A DNA stretch of 64,000 bases from Chrysomallon squamiferum (Eukaryota > Animalia > Mollusca), in NCBI GenBank assembly GCA_012295275.1, contig CM022676.1, positions 12,896,001-12,960,000 of the forward strand. The letters are read 5' to 3'. Below are positions 1-13,426 of the stretch, one piece after another. The notes below the pieces were generated by a model. It was not told the origin of the DNA and did not search any database. It saw only the letters and a program-made list of their open reading frames with translations. Position numbers and translations under genes: made by a program. Each line of letters opens with the position of its first letter. Position 1 is the stretch's first letter.

Positions 1-882
1 TTTAAGATTAGAAATTACCTTTAAAAGTTTATCATATATTTTCCTGTAAAAGGGTATTACAAATGCCAAACAGAACTTTAGTTATTTGCATTCATCAGTA
101 GATAAAAGGCAGTTTTTTCACTTATTATCATTATTAATATATCATTTACTTAATATTTGTCTTTGATTTATCTTTCCTCAATTTCATATATAGAGATAGA
201 TAATCTCAAGTTTATATAAATACAAGAATTAGTACATTAATAAAATTATCTGTAGTTAGTATACATGTAAGAAATATAACTTCTGAAATACATTTTATAG
301 AAATCTTGGTTTTACGTTAAAACAAAGATGAGATTATATATATTTGTCACATTGATATCGTGAAAAAATAGGCTATAGATCTCTGGATTTAAAAAATAAA
401 ATGCTTAACAAATTTTATCTTAAAGATTTTGGCAGCACTTAGATAATTTAGTTTTAAATAAAGAAATGTATTGCTGTTTGCTGAAAATATAAAGAAATAT
501 TAAAAATTAGTTTTTGGGGGGTTGCTTTTTAATGTACAGTTTTATAAATTAAATTGATTTTATGGTAAAAGAAATAATCGAAAAGGCCATAGTTATTTTT
601 GTTAGAAGGAAAAACATTGTTTATGAATGCTAGAAATCTATATTAAGCTTAATAATGGTTATAAATGTTTGAGATAAAGGTATATAAAATGACATTTTGA
701 AAATTTTATTTTGTGTATGTGATAAATTAATGGTTATCTATAAAATTGGATTATAAGTTACAATGAAAACACAGAATTACAATTTAACTTACATAAGGAA
801 TAAGTTTCCATAAAAATAGAAATTATCAAAGCAGTGGAAGCAAGGCCATTAATTAGCCTAAACAGGAACTTTTCCTTTTTAG

Positions 883-1433
883 CTGAAGAAAGAAGTACAA
901 CAAGTGTTGCTACAACAACTCCAAACCTGGGATCAGGTTCTGGCTGTAACTTAGTTTGTATTATCCTCATTACAGTGATCAGTGTCACAGGTCTTTGTAT
1001 AATCATAACATGCTGTCTGATATCACAAAGAAATCAAAAGACAAAGAAAAATGATAAAACTACAAATATTGAACTGAGCAGTAAAATGAACATTGAAAAG
1101 TCTCAAACTGAGGTTTCTGTTGATATCAAAGCAGAAGAAAATTGTAACATTCAAGAGAACATTGACAAAAAACATGACACTGAAGATGTAGAAACTTCAC
1201 AGTCTGTCAAAGATAGGATTGCTAATGAATCTTCGTACAATATGTCTGGTAACCATGGAAGTGATGAAGATAATGAAAGTTCTGAAGATTACTCATATAA
1301 TCAGACAAATGTAAAACCGTCAAATCAACCAGTCAGTAAAGATGTCTGTAAAGAACTCACAAAATCTGAAGTTTGTCAACAGTCAGTCACTGATTCACTG
1401 AATAAAACTGATGTGAGCAACAATACAGCATAG
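883..1433 (+). CDS. Type A IgSF receptor copy A1: stalk + transmembrane + acidic cytoplasmic tail exon (upstream exons outside window)
   Basis: Acceptor tttccttttttAG at 881-882, phase 1; S/T-rich stalk, hydrophobic LVCIILITVISVTGLCIIITCCLI, basic stop-transfer QRNQKTKK, acidic tail; stop TAG 1431-1433. Near-identical to 57257-57826. Confidence 0.85.
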
Positions 1434-1805
1434 AGCCAACATCCTACCAGACAGAATTACAATAATGCTGATCATCAGAAAACAAAACATATTATTACTA
1501 TTGATGTCAAAATCAAATTATAAACAAATTAAGCAGTTTCAAATTTAATTTGTTTTTTATTCCAAACTTTTTATTTGCTTCAGCTCAGTACACTTAGCTA
1601 CATTCTTCATTATTTCAGATAATTTCTAGATGCCAGTGATTGTTTGTCGATTCTGCTTAACTAATCAAGGAATAGCTTTATTTCTATCTTCTAATTCTGA
1701 TATAAAAAAAAAGCTTTAAAAAGAAGTTTATACTATGTTGACTGTTTTAGTTCCACATTGAGTAATATGCTTATTAACATAGATAAAGGTACAGCTTAAT
1801 GCCTG

Positions 1806-1857
<52 letters not shown>

Positions 1858-3484
1858 ACACTGACACAGAGTGAGATAAATGCAAGTTTATATTAGAATC
1901 GACAATAGCAACAACACCATCAAGCAGTAAGTAACACAATCACATTGTTAGCCCTAACCTTGTGCTAATCATTCATGTAACCTCAGTTCCGCTTCCACTG
2001 TTCTTAATAAAACCATCTGAAATCTTTATATGCAAAACCACTAATTAAAAACTGGTTAAGAATGCTTGAAAATGATTCTTTTCACAATATAATATGATCT
2101 CATCTCATCAACACATTTCATTATTAAATTAACGTAAATTATGCAAGTTTGTGGAATCTGAGTAAACACAGACTTAAGACAGCCATAACGAAGGTGTTTG
2201 ACTCAGGGAAAATGATGGATACCACTGACATGGATGATACCAACATAGTGGTCATTGTTGACATCCTAGTCTCAGTAAAAGTCCCAGCCAATGTTATATG
2301 CATTCATTTTATGCATTCACGGTTAGTGGTAGACAGTTACAGTTCAGCCAGTCAGTGCAGAATCAGTGTTTTTTAACCTCTATTAATTTGGCTTACAAGC
2401 AGACAAAAACTTTATGAATTGCATGGAGAAAAAGATAAAGATTTGCTCATAAACGGAGAGTTGTTGTTTCTTTGATCATGAGTTTTTCTGTGAATTCATA
2501 ACCTGTATGTAAAACAGGATGTTTTAAACACTACACGTAGCACTTTTGCTTTAACTCAACAGTGAAAACCCTGTTAAATATTTTGCAAGCATTAGGCTCT
2601 GGCTGCTTTTAGCCCCATTGGAAAGCTATTAAAATATGTAAAAACGGTGAACATTATAGTAGGTTCAGTTGATTATTTCCAGTGAAAAACATTGGCTGCT
2701 GGCGGTTATAAACCAGTGACTGCACAGAACAGCTCATTTAAAGAAGGAAATGCTTTTGTGTGAATTTGTGGTGGGATTTTGAACAGCTGACTGTTAGACG
2801 AGTTTCAACTGTTTGTTTGTATGTACAGACACAGATACACCTTGATAATTAAAAACTGAAAAGTATCAATAAAATAGGTTAACTTTCAGGGAATTCAAAC
2901 ATTTACAGCAGTTTCTTCTAATGAACATACATGTACAGGTCTGTATATATAAGCATATATCTGTATATCTAGCTATCTATCTATATATGAATGTATGTAT
3001 GTATTCATATTTACAAGCATAATTCGTACAATTCTCTTAAATCACATTTAAATTGCTAATAACATGTTTCCCACAATACACTTCTTTGTAAATACAAAGA
3101 AACACTAATGAGTAAGAGTTAATGGTTCACTATGGCAGTTCTTTGAGGACTGTATGCAATTATATATTATGTAAAGAAGCCCTTCGCCTTACATAGACAG
3201 ATGACCTATAGCAAGTTAATTTTATTCCGTTTAATGAACAACTTACTATTCTCTGCTTTGAGTTTTCGGAGGCTAATTTCAATTAAATCAATAGTCTAGG
3301 ACCGCAAACAAACTTTGAGAAACAGGTTTTTACTGTTGTCAGCATTTGAATTTTTGAAGGTCATTAAGAACGAATATAAGTGCTTGACTGCGACAAGACT
3401 TTCACTTCTGGAGATAGACGTGCTTGAAAGATATGAGTATATGTGTGCTGCTAGATATTTGGTAGTAATTAAAGGATTATTTAG

Positions 3485-3515
<31 letters not shown>

Positions 3516-3521
3516 TTTTAG

Positions 3522-3576
3522 ATCCAATAAGCGGAAGCGATTCCACATTTTCTTCAATGATTTATGCAATAATCAC
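3522..3576 (+). CDS. A1 alternative C-terminus, GPI-signal mini-exon 1 (DPISGSDSTFSSMIYAII-T)
   Basis: 55-nt exon ttttAG|...|GTAAGT, phase 1 to phase 2; same size and frame in all three copies. Confidence 0.75.
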
Positions 3577-3953
3577 GTAAGTAGTCTTGTAACTATTTTT
3601 TTTATATTAGTTATTTTATTGCAATATTAATTTTATCAGCTTTCCTCTCAGTATATCTGCATGTATCATCTGTACCTATGTCTAGTATCGCTCAGTCTGT
3701 ATGTTTCTGTGATTCTGTATATCTACTTTTCTGTCGGACCGTCTTCAAGTACTTGTGTATGTATGTATATATATGTATTATCTATATGTACATGTAAAAA
3801 TGTGCCTGTATCAGTGTATGTAATGATGTATATCTACATATACTGTCTTTTTTTATGTCTGTATGCCTTTCTTGTCTGTGTGTGTGCTTATCTATTTCCG
3901 CGTGTCTAATAATTCTTTGTTTATCATTTTATCTTTATTTTATCTTTCTTCAG

Positions 3954-3990
3954 GTTTATCAACACTTTAGTCATCACTGGTTTGCTGTAG
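3954..3990 (+). CDS. A1 alternative C-terminus, GPI-signal mini-exon 2 (FINTLVITGLL-stop)
   Basis: Strong acceptor ctttcttcAG at 3952-3953; phase 2 completes a hydrophobic C-terminus, stop TAG 3988-3990. Confidence 0.75.
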
Positions 3991-4097
3991 ATCTACAGAC
4001 TCCTCAGAGATAGATAAACACGGAGATATGAGATGTATAAAATATTGACAACAATCTAAATTATATTCTTGTTTCGTTCTTTAGGTTTTATCCTCAA

Positions 4098-4135
<38 letters not shown>

Positions 4136-4145
4136 CTATTGTTAC

Positions 4146-4191
<46 letters not shown>

Positions 4192-4794
4192 ACTTACTTT
4201 GTATATTTATATATGTATTAAAATGATTCTTTTGTTTTTAAGTTTTTCTAAATGAAATATAATACATATGTATATTTCTAGAATTTAATTTGTAACTAAA
4301 TATAATATTTTATTTAGTGTGAAAGACTGATCTTATAACATTTTGACAGTTACTTTTAGAATAATTGGAAAGAATTTAAACCTGTTTTTCTTTTTATCAT
4401 TTGTAATTAAATAGTGTATTAGTATACCTGTGCCAAATACTTGTTAGAATTACCAATCAGAGGTAAGTCATCAGTTAGAATGCTGGTATATTTTCAGTAC
4501 ATTTCAAAGCATTTCAGAAAGAAGACATTTTTTATAAGAAAAGTGTTGACGTTGGTTGTTAGTATTCTTACAGTTATTAAAGTGTTTTAATATTTATAAA
4601 ATTATTGAAATTCATTGTTAAATGTTAAGTGCTTTAATGTACTTTTTTTTGTTCCATATTTAAACAGTTTCAAATTTCAGCTATGGTGTTGTTTCTACTT
4701 TATTTATTTTAATTGAAGCTTTTCTCTGTTTCAATTTAGTCAGTTCAAAGTTAAATTTTCTTTTGAATATGTCATTAAAAGACTGAATTTTGAC

Positions 4795-4994
4795 NNNNNN
4801 NNNNNNNNNNNNNNNNNNNNNNNNNNNNNNNNNNNNNNNNNNNNNNNNNNNNNNNNNNNNNNNNNNNNNNNNNNNNNNNNNNNNNNNNNNNNNNNNNNNN
4901 NNNNNNNNNNNNNNNNNNNNNNNNNNNNNNNNNNNNNNNNNNNNNNNNNNNNNNNNNNNNNNNNNNNNNNNNNNNNNNNNNNNNNNNNNNNNNN
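4795..4994. other. Assembly gap (200 N)
   Basis: Run of 200 n characters. Confidence 1.
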
Positions 4995-6518
4995 ACAAAT
5001 GCCCAGTTTAGATGACTTTCATTGTAGTTGAAAATTCTTTACTAAGCATCCTGCTTTAAATTATATATGTACATTTTATCAGAAATATTTCTTAAAGCAT
5101 ACATTGACTTCAGGATGCCACAACAGTTCAGTTGTTCAACCCAGTTTTTTAGTATCTAAAATAACAATTCTCATGAGTAACAGGATGATTTTAGTAACGG
5201 GTGTTACTGATTGATGTATTAAAATGAAGTTGCTTTATAGTAATTAAACAAATAAGCTGTGAACAATGCTGACGGCAATGCATGTATAGATAGATAGATA
5301 CAGATATATACACATACACAAATTAATGCTGTTCTGTAGAAATTGTTGACTGCACATTTGATCCATAGAATACTTTTTTTTGCCTTTGTTAATCTGACAA
5401 ACCTAAATAAATGCTTTATGTAAGTTGGTCACACGGTTGACTTCATTGTAATGAAAAACAAAAACTGATAGAAAACGAAAGCCAAAAGAAATTTGACTAC
5501 TTTAAAAGTGAAATTTCAGACCAAGAGAAGATGCATAAAAGTAAGGTAAGCCAAAACTACATGTGCACTGAGGTATGAAAATGGTTCAGACATCTGAAGA
5601 ATGAAAACAGAATAAATGTCATATATCACCATCCTTAGTACACACTAAGTTACCTCACACCATCCAGTTATTAGACTGATACCTGGCGAACAAGGCAAGC
5701 ATCATAATACATAGATGGTGTGAATTAACTTAGGGCTCGTGAATTAAGGATGATATTTTTGTCTGATTATTTACTATTTTTCAACAGTGACAAAGTGCTT
5801 TTGTAGCATGACCACATTTTAAATTGTGCAGAACTTCCTTGGAGCTAACATCCATATGTTGCCTATGTCAAACATGCTCCCAAGACAGTCCCCATTCTTT
5901 TGTATCTAAGTTCTTAAATCAGAGTGAATTAAAACTATAGTAAAAATATTTTTAGTCTTCATTTTATTTATTAAACTTAGAACTGGTTACATGATTGCAT
6001 AATTAATTTTAATTTTTTCACTCTGGTAAGAAAAAGAAAAAGAAAACAAATGCATCTGGAAAATTTGTCAGTGGCAACATTTCTCAATAATAGGTCACTG
6101 CTAAATAAAAAAACAGGACTGAAGATTAATTCAGCCCTTGAAAGATTTGGAAATCTTCTTTCAGGTTTCTTAGACTTCATAATTAATGCCTTTGGTAAAG
6201 ATTTTATTGGTAAATCGTTTTATGTCACTGATGTTCTATCAGTGATAAGCCATAACAGAATTCACTGTTATGCATTTATCATCCCTCTTCCAAATGCAGC
6301 TGTCTACTTATCAAGATCTTAGGAATGTCCAGTTATAAAATCTGATCCAAAGACAGTTGGTAGTTCATCTGAAAAAAAAAAAAATAAATAAATAAAAAAA
6401 ACTGAAAGAAAACAACTGTACTCTTCCTTGACAATTTAATAAATAAATAAATATATGTAATATAATATTCATATATGTGAATGCTTGTAGTACACATGTA
6501 TTTACTCATTTATTTCAG

Positions 6519-6827
6519 GAGAGTATATCTTGACACAGTCTAAAGAAAAGGTTTATAGTGGATCTTCAGTAACCCTTATATGTAATACAACCACTACAGT
6601 GAGTGCAATAAACTGGGTACGGGAACGTATAAGCTACGCAGCGACACAAGATTCAGGGACAAGTTGCAGTGGAAAAGTTCCATCGCAGTATATTGTTTCA
6701 TGTAATGGAGGAATTATATTTGACTTGACAATAAATAATATCAACTTCAGTGAACATGGAGTAGCATGGACATGTCAGGGTGAATATGGAGGAATTAGCA
6801 GTAACATGCTAACTATAGAAATTTATG
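6519..6827 (+). CDS. Type A copy A2: V-like Ig domain exon
   Basis: tttcAG|...|GTATGA, 309 nt, phase 1-1; VTLIC...W...FDLTI...WTC pattern plus an extra Cys pair; same length as 46368-46676. Leader exon not found (probably in or beyond the gap). Confidence 0.88.
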
Positions 6828-7810
6828 GTATGAATACTTTATTTCATAAATATATCAAAATAGATTTTTTTTATTTTTCTTCTTATTAATTATTATTTTC
6901 TTTTTATTTATTCTTTTTAAATCTATGTGCATTTGTCTTACAAAAATGTTTGTTAACATAAAATATACTAATACTTTTATGAAATATAAAATGATATGAA
7001 ATATAAAGAATAAAGAAGTAAGGTTTGGTCACAACACAAGCAGATTTTCCATCCTACTTGTTTAATAATGTAATCTAAGTTTAGATGCATTCAAGGTTCA
7101 ACTTTTAAATGTTTAGTGGGTATTGTCCATATTAATAAAACTGAAAAAAAAGTCATGATAATTTTCTACTCAATAGCAGTAGTTACATAATTTAATTTCA
7201 TTTGGACAGGTTTTGTGAAAAGTACAAAAGTCCAAAACTGTTTTTTTCCTTAGATGCATTTCTTTTACATATACTAAATCTAGGTATTTTATTAATGTAG
7301 TAATTTTTATAGACTAATCTTGAGATATTTTAGTCTGTATATGTAAAATAGAGAAAAGTTGAAATAATGACAAATATTAATAATTATAATCAGTAAATAA
7401 ACAACTTTTAACTGCATTTGGCAGCCTCATTTAATAACTTGATTCTTCTGTGACCGATTCTGTCTTTAATTAGCATGACCAATTCCACCTTAAATTATTT
7501 CAACTCAGGTTTCCACAAAATTGCATATAATTTAGTAGTGTTTATTGTATTTTATATTATTGCAAAATATTTTCCATGTTAAAATAAATAATGCAAACTA
7601 CACTCTTTTTAGTTTTATTTATCTAGTGGATAATGTATATGTATTTTTTACTGTCACAGTTTAAAACTGACCAGAGTGTTCTAAATACCTATACGTGATA
7701 GCAAGCACTTTAAGCATTGGCACTGTGACAGTGACCTTGAAGTAAAAAATTAGCCAAACATCTTTTCTAAACAAAGTAAAATAATTAGACATTAATTATT
7801 TAATCTCATC

Positions 7811-7848
<38 letters not shown>

Positions 7849-8004
7849 GATTATTACTACTACTTTTAATTAATATAATGTTCTTTGAGTTTGTTTATCT
7901 TTTCATTGTTATTTTTATTCTTTAATTATATATATAAATATCTTTTATTTTAACATTTTAAAGTTGTTTTTGTTTTTGTTCATTAATTATTATGTTTTCC
8001 CTAG

Positions 8005-8295
8005 TTAATCTGACAAACGTGTCTATAACAACTAGACCAGCTGAAATAGAACCAAACATTCTGACACAGATGAATTGTTCAACTAACCCATGTTACCCGC
8101 CAGCTAGAATCACCTGGATGTTAAATGGTATAAAGTTAGAAGATGGTATTACTAACTCCACTGAGACTGTTGCTGGCTATGGTATTGTAACAAGAAGTTC
8201 TTTAAATACAACCTTTACTGCAGAAGACAACGGGAAACGTTTGGTTTGTTCAGCTAATAATGATGTGTCAACTTTCTTCATTCTTCCTATACGAG
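8005..8295 (+). CDS. Type A copy A2: C2-like (CD80/nephrin-type) Ig domain exon
   Basis: ccctAG|...|GTAGGT, 291 nt, phase 1-1; C-S-T-N-P-C-Y-P-P-A-R-I-T-W ... S-S-L ... DNGKRLVCSA pattern. Confidence 0.88.
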
Positions 8296-10577
8296 GTAGG
8301 TGTTCTTTATGTAAGTACATACTGAGCCACTTTCAAATAATAATAATAATACAGTGTGTGTGTAGGTAAGGTTTTGTGAAGGTGAAATGAGACAATATGA
8401 CATAACCAAGCTGTTGTCATAAACATAATATTAATTTTAAATATCTACTATATTCTTTTTCTGATACAATTGTAATATTTGATACAGGCCCATGACATAT
8501 GTGATAAAATTATTTAACAAAGGTTTCATTCTGATGTTTGTTTATGAATACTTCTTGAATTTCATACTCCTGCTTGAATAGGTTTCTAAATTGCAATCAT
8601 TACTGTATACATCATTGTGTACTGTCATTATTTCATTTATCATATCCAGCTTAATAAAATAATTTTTGTATAAGTTTACAAAAACTGTGTTTATTGTCAG
8701 GCTAATCAGAACAGTAAAACAATGAATTTTTTGTTTCCTTCTACATGATCAGCTGCTCTGTAGTACTCAGTCATTGTAGGCCCAAACTGCTTAGTCAGTT
8801 ATTTGAATGGTTTAAGGAGATTTGTGTTTATAGAAATTAAAAAATTCCAAAAATGCTCCTAGAGAAACAAAGATGCCTATTGATGATCTTTACATGGATT
8901 CTTTGTGGTTGAAAGCAATGGAACTCAAAAATTGGCAATATTATATTTGACTTATTTTTGTTTGTGTTATATTTACTTACCTTCACATTTGTAAAATATA
9001 TATTACAGATGTAGAACAACAATGTCAACTAATTGTGTGTGTGAAACTATTCTTTGTCAAAGTATAAAATAAAAATAAGTTACTGTTTTTTTTGTTGTTC
9101 TTAATTACACTTTTCTCCCCAATGAGATGATTATTTTTGCTCAAAAAATGGTAAAGAATGCTTGAAAATTATTCTTTTCACAATATAATGTGATTTCATC
9201 TAATCAACACATTTCATTATTAAATTAACGTAAATTATGCAAGTTTGTGGAATCTGAGTAAACACAGACTTAAGACAGCCATAACGAAGGTGTTTGACTC
9301 AGGGAAAATGATGGATACCACTGACATGGATGATACCAACGTAGTGGTCATTGTTGACATCCTAGTCTCAGTAAAAGTCCCAGCCAATGTTATATGCATT
9401 CACTTTAACTGGTTAGTGGTAGACAGTTAGAGTTCAGCCAGTCAGTGCAGAATCAGTGTTTTTTAACCTCTGTTAATTTGGCTTACAAACAGACAAAAAC
9501 TTTATGAATTGCATGGAGAAAAAGATAAAGATTTGTTCATAAACGGAGTGTTGTTGTTTCTTTGATCATGAGTTTTTCTGTGAATTCATAACCTGTATGT
9601 AAAACAGGATGTTTTAAACACTCAACAGTGAAAACCATGTTAAATATTTTGCAAGCATTAGGCTCTGGCTGCTTTTAGCCCCATTGGAAAGCTATTAAAA
9701 TATGTAAAAACGGTGACAATTATAGAAGGTTCAGTTGATTATTTTCAGTGAAAAACATTGGCTGCTGGCGGTTATAAACCAGTGACTGCACAGAACAGCT
9801 CATTTAAAGAAGGAAATGCTTTTGTGTGAATTTGTGGTGAGATTTTGAACAGCTGACTGTTAGACGAGTTTAGACTGTGTGTATGTATGTACAGACACAG
9901 ATACACCTTGATAATTCAAAACTGAAAAGTATCAATAAAATAGGTTAACTTTCAGGGAATTCAAACGTTTACAGCAGTTTCTTCTAATGAATATACATGT
10001 ACAGGTCTGTATATATAAGCATATATCTATATATCTAGCTATCTATCTATATATGAATGTATGTATGTATTCAGATTTAAAAACATAATTCACACAGTTC
10101 TCTTAACTCACATTTAAATTGCAAATAACGTTTCCCACAATACATTTCTTTGTAAATACAAAGAAACACTAATGAGTAAGAATTAATAGTTCACTATGGC
10201 AGTTCTTTGAGGACTGTATGCAATTATATATTATGTAAAGAAGCCCTTAGCCTTACATAGGCAGATGACCTATATCAAGTTAATTTTTTTCCGCTTAAAG
10301 AAGAACTTACTGTTCTCTGCTTTGAGTTTTCGGAGGCTAATTTCAATTAAATCAATAGTCTAGGACCGCAAAAAAACTTTGGGAAACAGGTTTTTACTGT
10401 TGTCAGCATTTGAATTTTTGAAGGTCATTAAGAACGAATATAAGTGCTTGACTGGGACAAGACTTTCACTTCTGGAGATAGACGTGCTTGAAAGATATGA
10501 GTATATGTGTGCTGCTAGATATTTGGTAGTAATTAAAGGATTATTTATTTATTTATTTATTTATTAATTTATTTTAG

Positions 10578-10632
10578 ATCCAATAAGCGGAAGCGATTCC
10601 ACATTTTCTTCAATGATTTATCCAATAATCAC
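10578..10632 (+). CDS. A2 GPI-signal mini-exon 1 (DPISGSDSTFSSMIYPII-T)
   Basis: 55-nt AG/GTAAGT exon homologous to 3522-3576; the only anchor exon left for A2. Confidence 0.75.
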
Positions 10633-10989
10633 GTAAGTAGTCTTGTAACTATTTTCTTTTTATTAGTTATTTTATTGTAATATTTATTTTATCAGCTTTC
10701 CTCTCAGTATATCTGCATGTATCATCTGTACCTATGTCTAGTTTCTGTGATTCTGTATATCTACTTTTCTGTCGGACCGTCTTCAAGTACTTGTGTATGT
10801 ATGTATATATGTATTATCTATATGTACATGTAAAGATGTGCCTTTATCAGTGTATGTAATGATGTTTATCTACATATGTTGTCTTTTTTGATGTCTGTGT
10901 ACCTTTCTTATTTGTGTCTGTGCTTACCTATTTCCGTGTGTCTAATAATTCTTTGTTTATCATTTTATCTTTATTTTATCTTTCTTCAG

Positions 10990-11026
10990 GTTTATCAACA
11001 CTTTAGTCATCACTGGTTTGCTGTAG
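10990..11026 (+). CDS. A2 GPI-signal mini-exon 2 (FINTLVITGLL-stop)
   Basis: Acceptor 10988-10989; stop TAG 11024-11026. Confidence 0.75.
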
Positions 11027-11133
11027 ATCTACAGACTCCTCATAGATAGATAAACACGGAGATATGAGATGTATAAAATATTGACAACAATCTAAATTAT
11101 ATTCTTGTTTCTTTCTTTGGTTTTTATCCTCAA

Positions 11134-11164
<31 letters not shown>

Positions 11165-13371
11165 ACTTACTTTGTATATTTATATATGTATTAAAATGAT
11201 TCTTTTGTTTTTAAGTTTTTCTAAATGAAATATATTACATATGTATATTTCTAGAATTTAATTTGTAACTAAATAGAATATTTTATTTACTGTGAACGAC
11301 TGATCTTATAACATTTTGACAGTTACTTTTAGAATAATTGGATAGAATTTAAAACTGTGTTTCTTTTTATCATTTGTAAGTAAATAGTGAATTAGTATAC
11401 ATGTGCCAAATACTTGTTAGAATTACAAGTCAGAAGTAAGTGATCAGTTAGAATGCTGGTATATTTTCAGTACATTTCAAAGCATTTCAGAAAGAAGACA
11501 TTTTTATAAGAAAAGTGTTGACGTTGGTTGTTAGTATTCTTACAGTTATTAAAGTGTTTTAATATTTATAAAATTATTGAATATCATTGTTAAGTGTTAA
11601 GTGCTTTAATGTAATTTTATTTGTTCCATGTTTAAACAGTTTCAAATTTCAATTGTGGTGTTGTTTCTACTTTATTTATTTTAATTGAAATTTTTCTCTG
11701 TTTGAATTTAGTCTGTTCAAAGTTAAATTTTCTTTTGAACATGTCATTAAAAAGACTCTGAATTTTGACGTGTGCCTAACTTGTATTTTATGTTCTTTCA
11801 CGCACTCGTACAGCTTGGAGTGCCTTACTAAGCTGCCAGGTGTTCACTATTCGCGTTAAAACGGCTAAAATAAACTCATCTGTATTATGAGACTAATCTT
11901 TAAAATAATACAATGATGCAATACATGAATTTCAAAGGTTATTATTTATTTAGTTAGTTATCTATTTATTTATTATTATTATTTCTGCTAAAAAATTGGA
12001 GACGGTTATCAACCAGAGCTAACGGTAAGATAAACATAAAAACATAATTTTTTATTTTGTTTTTTTTTCTTGTTGTTATACGATTTTGTTTTTTGTGAAA
12101 CGATTTGTAACATACAAAAAAAAAAATCAGTTATTGTTCGAGATTAATTCTGGGCGCGAGTACATTTCATAACATTATAGAAACTATGTGTGAAATGCTT
12201 TAATATCCATGCTCCATGTAAACGTCTTAATTATGCACATACTGAATGTTTCGAATTTCAACCCTGACAATAACGCTTTCACTTTTTTCTTCTATTATTT
12301 TAAGTGAATTTTTTATCTATAAAATAGTTACATTTGTTAATGATTTGTATATAAAACATTTTTAAAGTTATTAAAATGTTCTCCTTTCTGTATGTTGAGT
12401 TTGTTATTTTAAAAGTACGTGAGAGAGAGAGACAGAGAGAGAGTGTATTTCAGTTATGTTAGAGAGCTGTAATAAAGTGACAGTGTAATAATATTAAATA
12501 GAATGTTGTTGTTTTTCATTATTGACTGAAGTTGGGTCTATAAGGCAACATATGATGTCATCCTCCTTTCTACTATCTTATTTGCTGAAAATAATAACGA
12601 AACGGATATTTTCACACAGTATCTGTAATACTGAGATATTTTCACACAAGATCTGTAATAGTGAGATATTTAAATATGATATTTATTGTAATAAAAAAAT
12701 GATCATTGTAAGCTGGTTTTAATTTCAGTCAGCTAATTTGCTATATTACTTTTATTTACATTTTGTTCTAAACGACAAAATGATTCCGCTTCAGTTTGGA
12801 GTTGGGTTTTGATACAAATAGAAAACGTAATTCAGAAGATAGTCTTTTGTAGTTCTGATATCTCTACAGTCACTTTCTAATTTTTACGAATTAGATGCCT
12901 TAGATTAAATATATACAATTAAGTGATAAAATAATTTGTTGATTAATATTTAATATTTTGTTAGAAAAGTACATACATTAGATGTAAAATAATGAGGTAC
13001 TGACCTATTCATTAAACAGTCACCATGTAAACAGCTGTAGATTATTTGCTACATTCATGAATGTAATAAATGTTGTACACGTTTTGCTGAGTTAGGGGAA
13101 TGATGTAACCTACGACAAGAAATCTTCTCTCGTTTTATAAATACAAATATTTTATAAATAGTCACAAGATATGATTTACTGACAAACAATAAAAAAAAAA
13201 AAAAAAAAAAATAACATTCTTGTGAAATGTAATGAATAAAGTGAAATAAATATACAAAAAATAGACACATTAATAGAATGACAGCGCTATAGAAATGTGA
13301 CACAATAACCTAACCTAGATCAAGTACAACTCGTGTACCCGGAAGAAACAAGTTTAGTCACAACATTCACA

Positions 13372-13426
13372 ATGGCGCCAGTGAGATATTTACTAGTTTC
13401 TGTCATCACTGTTACATGTAGTACAG
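13372..13426 (+). CDS. Gene B leader exon 1a (MAPVRYLLVSVITVTCST-G)
   Basis: Good Kozak context acaATGG, hydrophobic core, CAG|GTAAGT phase 1 donor. Confidence 0.8.

Larger units (their letters stand above)
871..4794 (+). repeat. Segmental duplication copy 1 (matches 57246-61067 and, from ~2047, 9143-11770)
   Basis: Colinear, highly similar sequence including introns and microsatellites. Confidence 0.95.

Noticed and set aside
2149-2376. Recurrent ORF MWNLSKHRLK... (also 9245, 58487)
   Set aside because: Recurs only because it lies in the segmental duplication; non-ATG start, variable stop, no recognisable domain.
3315-3521. Recurrent ORF MRNRFLLLSAF... (also 10379, 59623)
   Set aside because: TTG start, runs into a (TTTA)n tract; intron sequence upstream of the GPI exon.
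4681-5011. ORFs containing poly-X
   Set aside because: Artefacts of the N gap.
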